Assembly (NCBI RefSeq): GCF_004010195.1
Contig: NC_057750.1
Location: 16,575,330-16,614,638 of the forward strand
DNA from: Chiloscyllium plagiosum
Taxonomy: Eukaryota
DNA: 39,309 bases
Reading direction: 5' to 3'
A model generated the notes under the pieces. It searched no databases and was not told the DNA's origin. It worked only from the letters and a program-made list of their open reading frames with translations. How positions within the stretch are numbered: the stretch's first letter is position 1; every line of letters starts with the position of its first letter. The translations under genes were made by a program, and so were the position numbers. Shown one piece after another: positions 22,759-35,569 of the stretch.

Positions 22759-23508
22759 CTGTGGATCTCCCTATCATATGGAGTGGTTGAAGTGAATATT
22801 ATAGATACATTTAAGAGTAAACTAGACAAGCACAGCGGGAGAGAGGGACATAAGGGATTCCAGTGATGACTAAAGCTGGAAGCATAAAGACGTGCATGGA
22901 CTGATTGGGCTGAAAGGCCTGTTTCAGTGCCTCCTATCCTGTGTAATCCTGTGTGCTATCTTTTGGATGAACCCATGAACTGATGCTAGATGTGTCCCCT
23001 CAGAGGTGACCTAGGAAATTCCATGATCCTAATTGAAAGCTTCAGCAAGGGAATTGTCTCCAGTGCCATTGCCAATATTATCCCTCTCTCAATCAATAGA
23101 TGTTGTGGGCATAATCACATTTTTGTTTGCGTTTCCTACTTCAAAAGACATTCCTTGATGAAGTTCTTCGGGGCAACATATGAATATGGAAGACATTAAT
23201 AAACCAAGTTGTTTTATTGTGTAAGATCTGGTTTAGAGTTGCATAGGGCAAACTATTGTGTAGTTTCAACTGTCATCTGTTCTTGGGGCATCTGTTTAGA
23301 AACTGGCCACCAATGTGATCAGCTAGTGGCTTCACTGAGAGACTCTAGTTCTGCAGCTACCCCCATGTTAATTATTGAAAATTCTCCGAATTATGAACAG
23401 TAGATGCTTTAACCAAGGGTTATAGAGTCACTCATTTTTCAAAAATTATGATAAATCATTGGATGTAAGAGTTTCCTTCCCTCTGCAACCTGACCCAAGC
23501 AGGAACAC

Positions 23509-23910
23509 AACCCAGAAGGGTTAGATAACTGTAAACAAACAACGCTATAGGATCTAGTAACCCAGAAGGGTTAGATAACTGAAAGCAACAAACGCAGTAG
23601 GAACTAGTTCCCAGAAGAGTTAGATAACTGAAAGCAACAAATGCAGTAGGAACTTGTAACCCAGAAGGGTTAGATAACTGAAAACAACAAACGCTATAGG
23701 ATCTAGTAACCCAGAAGGGTTAGGTAACTGTAAACAAACAACACTATAGGATCTAGTAACCCAGAAGGGTTAGATAACTGAAAGCAACAAATGCAGTAGA
23801 AACTTGTAACCCAGAAGAGTTAGATAACTGAAAGCAACAAATGCAGCAGGAACTTGTAACCCAGAAGGGTTGGGTAACTGAAAACAACAAGCACTACAGG
23901 AACTAGTAGC
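23509..23910. repeat. 50-bp minisatellite, 8 units, with a 4-unit higher-order repeat
   Basis: cccagaag starts at 23511, 23561, 23610, 23660, 23710, 23760, 23810 and 23860. Confidence 0.95.
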
Positions 23911-25344
23911 CAACTGACTTCGGGTTTTCAGACAGTGAGAGAACAAGGTTTCCACATTTGGATAGATAGCACTCTCCTCAGCTGCTTCGATTCCCAGCTG
24001 ACAGGGAAGAGATAAGGCCTTAAAACAATGGCAACAGCTTGGAGGAGAGTAATGATGTTCAGTCAGGGGCTGGGTTGTTTATACATCTTTCAGCACCAAA
24101 GCTCCTTAATGCCATTGACCAGTACTCATTCACCATTGCGCTCCATTTAGTACATGCTAATATTGACTGACTTAATTACTTAATCACCCTGTGAGTTCGG
24201 CATATATGGCCTACAGGCCTCAATTGACCTACTGTAGTAATAGAACCACTTGACCCCATTTACTGAGCTGCAATCTGCAGTCCAGTGGTGGTGAATAAAT
24301 GACTGAACCTTGTTAAAAATGGAGCTTACTTAATTTTAATAATTTAAGAAAATTACTTTCTTATGAAACAGTGACCTCTTCGAAGTATGCAGTTCCCCTT
24401 CTGTAGAAAGGGTTGTTATTTTTCCATGATGTGTAAATGTAGCTTTCTGATTGAATAGAATTACAGTCCTTTAGTATTAATTGCATTCCTGGCTGTATTG
24501 CCAGTTGCAATAAATTATTTGTGAGATTGAGGCTCGAACAATGGGGCAAAATCAGGACAGGTTTAAGATAGCGCACTATTATTTGTGGGTAAGTGCTCCA
24601 GCAATGTGTGGCCTGCTGAATGGGTACCCACTATGAATTGCCACTTGCTTCATGATGTGTCTTTTAGAAGCTCTCCTCAACATAGGAACATAAGACTTAG
24701 AAACCGGAGGAGGCCTTATGGCCCTTTGAGCTTGTTAAGATTGTGGCTTATCTGGTTGTAGCTGATTCCTACCTTCTTGCCTGCTGCTCCATAACATCTG
24801 ACTCCCTTGTCAATCAAAAATCTAACCTGTTATTAAATGAACGCAATGACCCAGTATCAATTGCCTTCTGGGAAAAATAATTCCTAATCAGACCAGTCAC
24901 CTTCTGAGAGAAAAGAAATTATCCTCATCTCTGTTTTACACAGAGACCCCTCATTCTGACTGTGTCCCCCAGTTCTACTCTTTTTTTCAAGGGGAAACAT
25001 CCTCTCAACATCCTGTTGAGTGCCCTTGAGATCACCTAACATCCTTGGCTAAAAGAGCAATCTGTCTTCATAAGACAGCCCCTTCATCCTAGGAGCGAGT
25101 TGAGTGAACCAAACTGCCTTGCTCAGTGCTTCAATTACTGATTAAACCCATGTCAGAATGTTATGGCTGGAACTGAACTGCAAGAGTACCTTTCTAATAA
25201 TACGCTTGCAATGCCATTCAATCCTTCCTGTGCCAACAGTGAGCAATTTGACCTGTGAAGTCCTTTACCGTAAGAAATAAACTATTATTAACAGAGCTTG
25301 ATAATTTTGATTTTCTTTTTATTCATTCATGTGGGTGAAGATCA

Positions 25345-25398
25345 GCATGGATTACGGATAGGGCATGGATTAATGATAGGGCATGGATTAATGATAGG
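25345..25398. repeat. 18-bp tandem repeat x3
   Basis: gcatggatta(cg/at)gatagg occurs three times. Confidence 0.85.
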
Positions 25399-26718
25399 AC
25401 AGTTTAAAGTCAACCACATATCTATGTGTCTAGAATCACATGTAGAGCATACTAGGTAAAGACGACAGATTTCCTTCCATAAAGGACATTAATGATCCGG
25501 GCGGGATTTTTCTTGAAAATTGACAATGGTCATCATTTACTCTTAATTCCAAATTTTTATTGGATTCATGTTCCATCATCTGCCACAGCAGGATTTGAAA
25601 CCAGGTACACAGAATATTACCTGGGACTCAAGGCCATATTCTCTCCTTTTATATCTGTATTGAGTGTTAATCATTATATTTAATTAAACATATGCATTTT
25701 ACATATACATTAATTCTTACTTTTCCTTTCTTACTCTTCTCTCTGTCTCTACTAATCAAATCTACCTTTACTTCTTCCTATTCCAGTTTTGAATGTTTTT
25801 ACTCTCATTCACCCTATTTCTTTCTCCATTATTTCTTTGTCTCTTTCTTAGTCTTTGGATTATGTCTACAGGCTGATTATCAGGCACCATGGGCAGTACT
25901 GCCTCTAAATTTCTTTCTAGCTGGGCACACCTCTGGGTCGGATTGCCATTTGCATAACCTTGGAGTAGCAATGCTTGTGGCACAGCTTAAAGGGAATTGG
26001 TCATGGGTTTAAAACCCACCATAGCTAATGGAATTTTAATTCAACTAATTAAATCTGGAATGTAGAGCTTGCTTTAATAATTGTGACCATTGAAACTACA
26101 CTGATAGTTGTAATGAGGATGAAGGGAATGTGGAATTCAAAACACAAACAGATCAGCCATGATCTAATTAAATGGCAGAGCAGGGGCTGAATGGTCTACT
26201 TTTGCTCCATTTCGTACGTTCATATGTGCATGTAATTCCAGACCCATAACAATGTGATTTGCTCTTAACTGCCCTCTGAAATAGCCTAGCAAACCAGTCG
26301 GTTCAAGGATGATTAGGGATGAGCAACAGAAGCTGGCTTTGCCAGTGATGTTTACTTTCCATGAAAGTGATGAATCTAGAGGGCTACAGCGATAGGGCTG
26401 GAGAATGTGACTAGCCAGTTGGCTCTTCCAGGAGCTGGTACAGACCAGATGGGTTGGATGGCCACTTTCTGTACTGTAAAATTCTATGATTCCATAATAA
26501 AAATGCAGCAGTTAATTTGCACACAGGAAGCTCTTACAACCAGCAATGTGATAATGACCAATCTGTATTTTGTGGTGATTGAGGGAAAAATATTTACCAG
26601 GACACAGGGAGAACTACCCTTCCACCAAAATAACATTATGGGAGTTTCTGGAGTTGTGCTGCACTCCTCCAGGTAAGTGGAGCATATTCCATCGCACTCC
26701 TGATTTGGGGAGTCAGGA

Positions 26719-26944
26719 CTGAAAATGTGTTGCTGGAAAAGCGCAGCAGGTCAGGGAGGAGCTGAAAAGCTATTTCGACATGCTAACCTGAATCGTAGAA
26801 TGATAGGAGTACATTACTGCAGATGCTAGAATCGGTAGTGAAAATAAAAAATGCTGGAAATCACAGTGGGTCAGGCAGCATCTGTGGAGAGACAGCACAT
26901 TAACCTCCAGGGAACAGGAGAATCGACGTTTCGGGCATAAGTCC
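26719..26944 (-). mobile_element. PLE terminal fragment with 15-bp TSD, carrying a captured 156-bp local segment
   Basis: TTTGGGGAGTCAGGA at 26704-26718 and 26945-26959. 26749-26904 is the reverse complement of 27707-27862. Confidence 0.88.
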
Positions 26945-27674
26945 TTTGGGGAGTCAGGAGGTAAGTTACTTGATGCGGAATTCCCAGCCTATTTATATGG
27001 TCTAGTTCAATATCTCGTTAATATGGATCATAGGAAGTTCAGCATTGGAAATGTTATTGAATGTGACTGGAAAGGATTAGCTTGTTTTTTTTTAGCTGGA
27101 GGTGACACATGTGTGGCACAATTGTTGCTAGCCACTTATCTGCCCGGACCTGAATATTGTCAGGGACCATGCTGTCTGTAGGTGTGCTCAGCTTCATTCT
27201 CTGGGATGTTGTGAGCTGGGAAGATCCTCTTAGGTTATCACTAAATCTTCTTTTTCTGCCTGAAGTAACTGAAGCTGATAAGACTGAATTGACGTTAGTG
27301 CAAACTGGCAAATGTTAGCACAGCTTGGCTCGAAATGACGGCCTGGTTTTAAGTATAGGTTTTTTTTTCAAGTGGTCCGGATTGTAAAAAGCACAGCATA
27401 AAATAAATACTCCTCATATCTCACTGCTTCTTTTACCAATGATCTTAAATTTGTATCCTCTGCTGGCTTCTGTGAATGAATCGCTGTGATCAAAAATGCA
27501 TTGGCAGAAAGGGCGGGCGGGATGCAGAAAAATGGGTGGAGTGCTCGAAAGGGAGAAGATTGCAGCGATTTGGAGATGGCTGTGGGGCTGGTGGATTGTT
27601 CCAAGAGCCAGCACAAACATGATGCATTGAATTGCCTGCTTCACTGCAGAATAATTCTATCATTCTCCGATTCC

Positions 27675-27800
27675 AGTTCTGATGAAGACTCATCTAGACT
27701 CGAAACGTTAATGTGCTGTCTCTCCACAGATGCTGCCTGACCCACTGTGATTTCCAGCATTTTTTATTTTCACTACCGATTCTAGCATCTGCAGTAATGT
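27675..27800 (+). mobile_element. Old PLE terminus with hammerhead-like core
   Basis: CTGATGAAGACTCATCTAGACTCGAAACGTT at 27679-27709, followed by the tctccacagatgctgcc..tttccagca terminus. Confidence 0.7.
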
Positions 27801-28151
27801 ACTCCTATCATTCTACGATTCAGGTTAGCATGTCGAAATAGCTTTTCAGCTCCTCCCTGACCAGGACCCCTCAAATTTTGAACACCTCCATTAAATCGCC
27901 CCTTAACCTGTTCCGGCATGAGGAGAGCAATCCCAAATTCTCCAGACTCTCCATGTCTCCTTTCTCAGGAGTGTATTTGTAGGTGGTGGTCACCGGGAAA
28001 AGGTTTGCTCACAGCAACACTCTGAGCATGGAATCTTTTTACCACGGACTGATTGTTGTGCTGTCCATAACTCTCACGTTTCTGGTTGACAGGAAATACC
28101 ACCCCAACCTCTTCCCCCCCCGCCCAACTCATTCCTTCACAGACTGACAAT

Positions 28152-28360
28152 TAAAGATGTGCAGGTTAGGGTGGATTGGCCATGCTAAATTGCCCATAGT
28201 GTCCAGAGATGTGCAGGCTAAGTGTGATAGCCTTGAGAAATGCAGGGTTACAGGGATAGGGTAGAGGGGTGATTCTGGGTGGGATGCTGTTCGGAGGGTA
28301 GGAGCAGACTCAATGGGCCAGAAGGCTTCTTTCTGCACTGTAGGGATTCTGTGATTCTGT
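28152..28360 (+). mobile_element. HE1-type SINE 3' half
   Basis: aaagatgtgcaggttagggtggattggccatgctaaattgccc..cactgtagggattct. Confidence 0.8.
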
Positions 28361-28382
28361 GGGGGGGGGGGAAATAACTGCA

Positions 28383-28585
28383 AGAAGTGCAGATGCTGTA
28401 AGTCTGAGAGGAGAATAGAAATTGCTGAAAAAACTCAGCAGGTCTGTCAGCATCTGTGGAGAGAATCAGAATTAACGTTTCGGGTCGAGTGACCCTTCCT
28501 CAGAACCTCAGGAAGGATTAACTCTGATTCTCTCCACATATGCTGCCAGAACTGATGAGTTTTTCCAGCAATTTGTATTTTTGTC
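28383..28585. mobile_element. PLE-terminus inverted pair; intact hammerhead core on minus strand at 28474-28503
   Basis: Minus strand reads CTGAGGA-A-GGGTC-ACTC-GACCC-GAAAC-GTT. The right arm has lost its core. Confidence 0.78.
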
Positions 28586-29330
28586 TATGATTCTATAAAC
28601 CTGTTTTGACAGTGCAACCATTTATAGATGTCAAGTCATGAGGTGGGATTTGAATCCAAAATATTGACTTAGAATAGAAGTGCTCCCCACTGAGCCACAA
28701 GACGTGCCGCGTGTGTTTGTTGCTTCTAAAATAAGGAAGTATTCCCTTCTCAATGCAAGCCAGAACACAAAATTAAAAAAAATTGGAAAAAGACAGATTA
28801 CCACACAGGGTTAAGTGAGGAGCACACTGGAGCTCGCTGTTGGCAACAGTTCAGTTATTTTTTTATTTTGTTCCACATCACAGCCTTGCTTGACTTTTAC
28901 AGCAGGAAGTGTGGAAAAGTCTCATTGAACTGCGAACAAAGCCTCATTGAGTGGGTACCGAGTGATGTAGCTTTCCCTGCTATCTGACCAGTACTTATCA
29001 GACCACACCACACAGTGCAGTGAGTTTCTAACACTGACGGGGCCCAAACCGCCAGCTAATCACAAGAAAAATACAGCGCCTCCCCATATGAAAATACCAA
29101 GCGTCTTCGATTTATCACTGAGCCCCGGCTGCCTGGCAGATCCCGGCTGAGGCAATATCAAATCTTTCAACAGCATTCGTGCTAACAGCACCAGTGGCGA
29201 CAGCTTCAATCTGTGCATTGCTTCTCGCCACTTCCTTCCCAAAGCCATTACCACTTTCACTGACTCGAATTCTGGAGATTTTAGGAAATTTGGGACAATG
29301 AGTTGGCTGCTCAGGTTGAAGATGGTGAAT

Positions 29331-29965
29331 TAGAGTCATAGAGATCTGCAGCACGGAAACAGACCCATGCCGACCAGATATCCTAAATTAATCTAGTCTC
29401 ATTTGCCAGAATTTGACCCATATCCCTCTAAACCCTTAATATTCATGTACCTAAGCAGATGCCTTTGAAATGTTGTAATTCTACCAGCCTCCACCACTTT
29501 GTCTGGCAGCTCATTCCATACCCGCACCACCCTCTACATGAAAAGGTTACCCCTTAGGTCCCTTTTAAATCTTTTCCCTCTCTCCTTTAACCTCTGCCCC
29601 CTCGTCATAGAGTCATAGAGCTGCAGAGTGTGGAAACAAACCCTCCATTCCAACATGTCCATGCTGACCAGATATCCTAAATCAATCTAGCCCTTGGCCC
29701 ATATCCCTCCAAACCCTTCCTACTCATGTACCAAAGCAGATGCCTTTTAAATGTTGTAATTATACCAACTTCCACCACTTCCTCTGGAGGCTTATTCCAT
29801 ACTCTGTGTTAAAAGCTGCCCCTTTTAAATCTTTCCCATCTCACCCTAAACTTATACCCTCTAGTTCTGGACCTCCCCAACCCAGGGAAAAGACCTTGTC
29901 TACTTACCCTATCCATGCCCCTCATGATTTCATAAACCTCTATAATGTCATCCCTCAGCCTCTAG
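29331..29965 (-). mobile_element. Two tandem CR1 3'-end fragments
   Basis: tagagtcatagag tails at 29331 and ~29608, each followed by the CR1 3' UTR. Confidence 0.85.
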
Positions 29966-30309
29966 CGCAGTGGTGGTGATCGATCTGGAGTGAGAGTGGG
30001 GGAGGGGTTATATCTGTGAAGGGGGCTTGCCACTTCATCCATATTAACCCCAACAGAATGTGGTTGGGCTGCCATTACCTCACCTAACTTAGTGCCTCTT
30101 CCTACTCCCTCCATCACCTTATTGTTCCATTCTGCTCTCAGGGATTGATGGTCTTTGATACATGGAGTCTTTGCTGTCTGTCTGCCCAACTTGAAAATAT
30201 CTGTGGGTGTGAGCAAGTTGTTAAATGTCATTTGCTGATGGGACTCCCAGGCTGGAAGTCAGATTTAAGGCCTACTCTGATATCGTGAATACAACATCAA
30301 TGCTGAACA

Positions 30310-30620
30310 TCCAGTGCAGCACTAAGGGAGGGCTGATGTGTCAGAGATAGGCTCTCTATCCTCCCAGCTAGGTGCAAATGTTCACACTTCACTATTTCAT
30401 AAAGAGAAATGTGGTTATTCCCTCAGTAGTGAATATTGCTCAAACATCTGTTACACAGTGTCGCAATGTTGCCGCACTGCACTTTCTGGGATCTCACTGT
30501 GCACAAATCGACTGCTGCATTTCCAACACTGCAGGAGTGAGGACGCCTGGAAAGTATTGTGCTGGCCCTCGAACCCTTGTATGCAAATGTGAAAGATTCT
30601 AATGTAACGCAAGTTTCAGC
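30310..30620 (+). mobile_element. Ancient Deu-domain SINE
   Basis: ccagtgcagcactaagggag..tgggatctcactgtgcacaaatcgactgctgcatttcc resembles the Deu-SINE consensus as recalled from memory. Confidence 0.6.
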
Positions 30621-30639
30621 TTCATGAATGAATCCGTAA

Positions 30640-30830
30640 GCGTGTGGGTGTGTTCTGAGTGGGTGTGTGTATGATTGTCAGTACGTTAATGTGTGTGTGT
30701 GCGTGTGTGTGTGTGCGCGCGCACACGTGCGTGCAAAGGTGTATGTAATAATGTATTTAAGTGTGTGTAACTGTGAATTTATGCCAGTATCAGTATGTAT
30801 GCACGTGAATTTGTGTGAATGTCTGTGTAT
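30640..30830. repeat. Degenerate (TG)n microsatellite
   Basis: gtgtgtgtgtgcgtgtgtgtgtgtgcgcgc and neighbouring TG-rich runs. Confidence 0.85.
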
Positions 30831-32019
30831 GCGGGCATTTCTCTGAATGGGGAACTGGACATTTCTCTGTACTTTTGAATGACAGTTGCCATTCAGGCTC
30901 AGCTGTGAGGCAACAGCCAATCGATGGTAACCTGTCTCAGCAAAGGCCAGTGTTCAGATGTGAGTAATGAGAAGATGGAGTTGACAAAGGAACAAAGCTC
31001 AGTCTGGAGATTTTATAGGCCGAACTCCTCCAATCAGTGTCAGTACCTTTCCTCCAAAAGTGACCAGATTAAAAAAAATACTTTTCTCTGATTTTCTGGT
31101 TTATATGAATGTATGAATTTGGAGGAGTAGGAGTATTCAATTTCCCTTATAATAAACAATAAGATGTTATTAGTTTTCTAAATTACTTGCTGGTCCAGAA
31201 TACCAGGCTTCTGTGATTCATCCATTAGGACACCCAGATCCCTCTGCCTCTGAGTTCGGTAACCAAGCAACTGCTTCTTTTTTATTCTTCCGGTCAAAAT
31301 GGACAATTTCATATTTTCTCAAATTAAACTCAATTACACAGATCTTTGCCCACTACATAACCTTTCTTTATGTATCTGAATACAAATAATTATCTATTTT
31401 TAGCCTCCTTATGTCTTCTTCACAAGATCCCATGTGGGGATTCTTCCAGAGTAAGGAGGTACTAGTGGAGAGAACCCATGCAAAGGCTATCCCCTATTTT
31501 GATGGCAGTGCGTGCTGTATGTGGTAACTCTAAATAATCCAGAACACACACACACACACATCCATGTGTTAGTATCTGAGTGAACAGGGGAATGTGTCAG
31601 TGTGTGTGTGTGTGTAAGAGGGAAGGGCAGATAAGGTAAATGTTTGGCGAGTTAAGTGTGGATGGGGTAAGTAGATGGGGTGGGAGTGGTTGAAGCTAGT
31701 CGATAATTGGATAGGTATGCTGAGGAACGCGAACATATATACAACTTTGGATAGAATGGCAGAGTGGCAAAGTTGGGTCAGATTGTTTGGGGAAAGTTGG
31801 GTTTGATGGGTCAGGGAGGAGTTGGAGTGGGGGACTCAATGAGTTGTTGGGGTTAAGATTAATTATACAGTAACTTAGAATTTAATCTATCTTACATTTT
31901 CTGGGTAGCTATCAAGTAAGTAGGATCTCTTCCAAATTTCTGACTGTACTCACAATCAGAGATATTTTGTAGACGGCCCCAGGAGCTGGAAAATTGCACA
32001 CTGTTAAACCTTGTTGCAG

Positions 32020-32590
32020 CTATTTAAACCCTTATTAGGCTGCATTTGGAGTATTGTGTGCAGTTTTGGTCGCCACATTACCAGAAGGATGTGAAAGTTT
32101 TGGAGAGAGTGCATAGAAGGTTCACCTGTTCTTGAGGGCATTGGCTATGAGGAAAGGTTAAAACGACGAGGATTGTTTTCACTGGAAAGATGGTGGCTGA
32201 GAGGAGATCTGATAGAGGTCTACAAAACTATGAGAGGCACAGATGGGTGGATACTCAGAGGCTTTTTCCCAGGGTTAATGTTTCAATTACAAGGGGACAC
32301 AGGTTCAAGGTGAGAGAGGGAAAGTTAAGGGAGATATTCTAGGAACGTTTTTCATGCAGAAAGTGGTAGAAGCCTGGAACGCACTGCCACAGAGGTGGTG
32401 GAAGCTAGTACATTGGTGATTTTTAAGAGGCATCCAGATGGTTACATGAACAGGGAGCGAATAGAGGGATATCGACCGAATAAGGGCAGAAGGTGTGTTT
32501 TTTTAGTTTAGTTAGGGCATGGTGATTGGTACAGGTTTGGAGGGCTGAAGGGCCTGTTCCTGTGCTGTACTTCTCTTTCGTTCTTTGTTC
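32020..32590 (+). mobile_element. CR1 LINE 3' fragment
   Basis: ttggagtattgtgtgcagttttggtc (LEYCVQFWS) through the tail agggcctgttcctgtgctgtac. Confidence 0.85.
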
Positions 32591-33931
32591 TTTTGATAAG
32601 GCATGGAAGGAAGTCTCAGAACTTCCGAGAGGCCCCAGTGCTTAATTTCTGGGGCATGCCAGGTGTTGGACTATCTGGGGATCAGAAAGTCTGTGTCAGT
32701 GCAAGAGAGGCAGAACCAATTGAGCATGTGACAGCCAATTACTCCAATATGAAAAGAACATAGTTAGTAAGCCTTAATTTGATGCAGATTGGATTATCAT
32801 ACCATATCCCAGCTGCAAAACAGTACAGTGACAGGAGAGGAAAGATAATTGTCTAAGCACGTTTGATAGGGGCTTTTTGGAGCAGTGGTTTGTGCCTGAA
32901 GGCTCAGGTTCAAGCTCACCTGCACCAGAGGTGATAATGACGTCTCTGAGCACCTGTGTATATGTCTCACTCCTCATTATTATATACTGTAATGGTTCTG
33001 AATGGGTTAATGTTGAAGACTTCATTAAGTTCCACCTGATGATGCCGCAAATCAGTTCTTCCTAAACTGTTCCAACCTGACTCCAGACCTGTGACAGTAG
33101 GTGGGGGTGGGGTGGGTGCATGGGAAGCTGTTCCTGTAAGAGTGCAGAGTAGAGTTGGAGATGTCTGTGACAGTGGAGTGGAGAGGGGAGATATCTGCGT
33201 GAGAGTGAAGTGGGGTGGTTGGCGAGGGTAGATGTCTGTGAGAAGGGGTAGTTGGAGGGAGATGTAGAAAGAGTGGGTGGGTAAGATGTAATGAGAGTGG
33301 GGTGGGTGTGGGGTAGGTGTCTNNNNNNNNNNNNNNNNNNNNNNNNNNNNNNNNNNNNNNNNNNNNNNNNNNNNNNNNNNNNNNNNNNNNNNNNNNNNNN
33401 NNNNNNNNNNNNNNNNNNNNNNNNNNNNNNNNNNNNNNNNNNNNNNNNNNNNNNNNNNNNNNNNNNNNNNNNNNNNNNNNNNNNNNNNNNNNNNNNNNNN
33501 NNNNNNNNNNNNNNNNNNNNNNNNNNNNNNNNNNNNNNNNNNNNNNNNNNNNNNNNNNNNNNNNNNNNNNNNNNNNNNNNNNNNNNNNNNNNNNNNNNNN
33601 NNNNNNNNNNNNNNNNNNNNNNNNNNNNNNNNNNNNNNNNNNNNNNNNNNNNNNNNNNNNNNNNNNNNNNNNNNNNNNNNNNNNNNNNNNNNNNNNNNNN
33701 NNNNNNNNNNNNNNNNNNNNNNNNNNNNNNNNNNNNNNNNNNNNNNNNNNNNNNNNNNNNNGCGGAGGTGGGTGGGGGTGGGAGACGGCTGTGAGAAGGA
33801 GTGGGTGGAGTGGGGAGATGGCTGTGAGAGTGGGGGTGGAGGAGGATTAATTAATGAATAGAAATAAAATTAGCTGTTCAGAACAAATTCTAGGGAACCC
33901 CTTGGAAGAAATTTGTACTTATATTTTTAAG

Positions 33932-34169
33932 AGTTGAGTTGGGCAGTCATCAGCAGAAGGAACTGAACAATCAAGCAGCCTGCAATAGACACAGTCAGGG
34001 CAAGATCCAATGAAGGGCGAATCCACAGTCAATGGTACCACTGTGCCACCGTGCCGCCCACAAAGTTGAGTTGGGCAGTCATCAGCAGAAGGAACTGAAC
34101 AACCAAGCAGCCTGCAATAGACACAGTCAGGGCAAGATCCAATGAAGGGCGAATCCACAGTCAATGGTA
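33932..34169. repeat. 106-bp direct duplication flanking a 26-bp inverted HE1 5' end
   Basis: 33932-34037 and 34064-34169 differ by 1 base. The spacer is ccactgtgccaccgtgccgcccacaa. Confidence 0.9.
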
Positions 34170-35569
34170 AAAATGCTTCAGACCCGGTAAGAGAAGCACA
34201 GAAGCAAGTGCTGGATGCAACGTAAAGCTGGAACATTAGTCACGCCAAGTAGTTACAGATTGCATCAAGTAAACTGTAGGAGTGGTTCAGCCTGGCAGTT
34301 AATGCACAGCAGAGCCTCTGTGTAAAGTTAATGTCTCTAGTGGGCAAAGGAAGAAGTTAAATAAATGGGACAGTTATAGGCTGAATGGGCTAGAAGCAAA
34401 ATAAAAAGAAGCAGTCACAGCTCAGAGCAAGCATTGCCACCATAGTGGAGAGAAACCACAAGTCACAGCTGCATGAAGAATAATCAAATGAAAAAACTTT
34501 GCAATGTTCCAGAGAATCTAATCTAATGTTTGAAAAAAAAAGTGTCAACCTTGGTTTAAAATTTATGTATTGCAAACCCAGAAATAGAGTGATAAAGGGG
34601 TAATTTAGAAACCTAGGCTGACAGAATCTAACTGAAGAATAAAATAAGGAGATTACTGAGGCCACAATGATAGGTCTAAGGTAAAGTTGTGGCATTGTGG
34701 AAATGTCATCGGACAAGTAACCAGGACCCCAGACTAAAGTTCTGGGGACATGGAAGTCATCTCACCACAGCGCCTGGTGAAATTTAAATTCACAGACATC
34801 TTAGATGAAAAGCTAGCCTAATGATGTAAACATTATAAAACTCATTTAGTTCACGAATGACCTTTAGGAAAGGAAATCTGCTGCCCTTACCCAGCCTGGC
34901 CAACATGGCATTATCCAAACCTAAAGCCCACTGCAATGTGGTTGACTTCTACTTGCCCTCTGAGAAATTGAGGATGGGCAATAAATGCTGACCTAGCCTG
35001 CAAAACCCATATCACATGAACAAATTTAAATAAAAAGGACAGGAGACCCATAATTGAAGCCGCAGTTATGAAGGTGACAGAACTCAGGATTCATTCACCA
35101 AAAGCTATAAAGTGAATGGGAAACTTTACTAAAATGATAAGGTAACTTTATTAGAAGTGCAGTGGACAGTGACTAGAGAAAGTTGGTAAAGAGAACAGGA
35201 TTAAGTTTTACAGTAGCAGGATTTATTCAGTAATATTGAATTGAATATTGAGCAGCAGAAGGTAGAATCTTCATTTTTGACCTCAAAACTTTGGGAGAAG
35301 CCTCCATTACAGGAACAGAAGCTACATTTGTGCTCAACAAAATTGGAAGTCCCTAACTTATGGAAGATAAAATAGTATTATCCTACAATAGAATTAAAGC
35401 TCTTTCAGGGAAATAGAATAAAGTAGCGTTGGGAAACTATAGAATTGAAATCTTTAAAGAAATAGGAATTAGTAATCACATTGAGAAGAAACGCCAGCAG
35501 AAATTATATTGCCTGGAAAATGATATTTCAGTGATGGGTAAAATGAAACACAATACTCACCATCTTAGA

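Noticed and set aside
23509..23910. CRISPR-like array (constant 23-bp block plus variable part)
   Set aside because: The variable parts are variants of each other rather than unique spacers, the context is eukaryotic, and there are no cas genes.
13128..33850. Long ORFs spanning N runs (13267-13507, 21546-21902, 33323-33761)
   Set aside because: Artefacts of assembly gaps.
34550..34680. CR1 endonuclease start (LKFMYCKPRN)
   Set aside because: Only a short degenerate resemblance with immediate stops.
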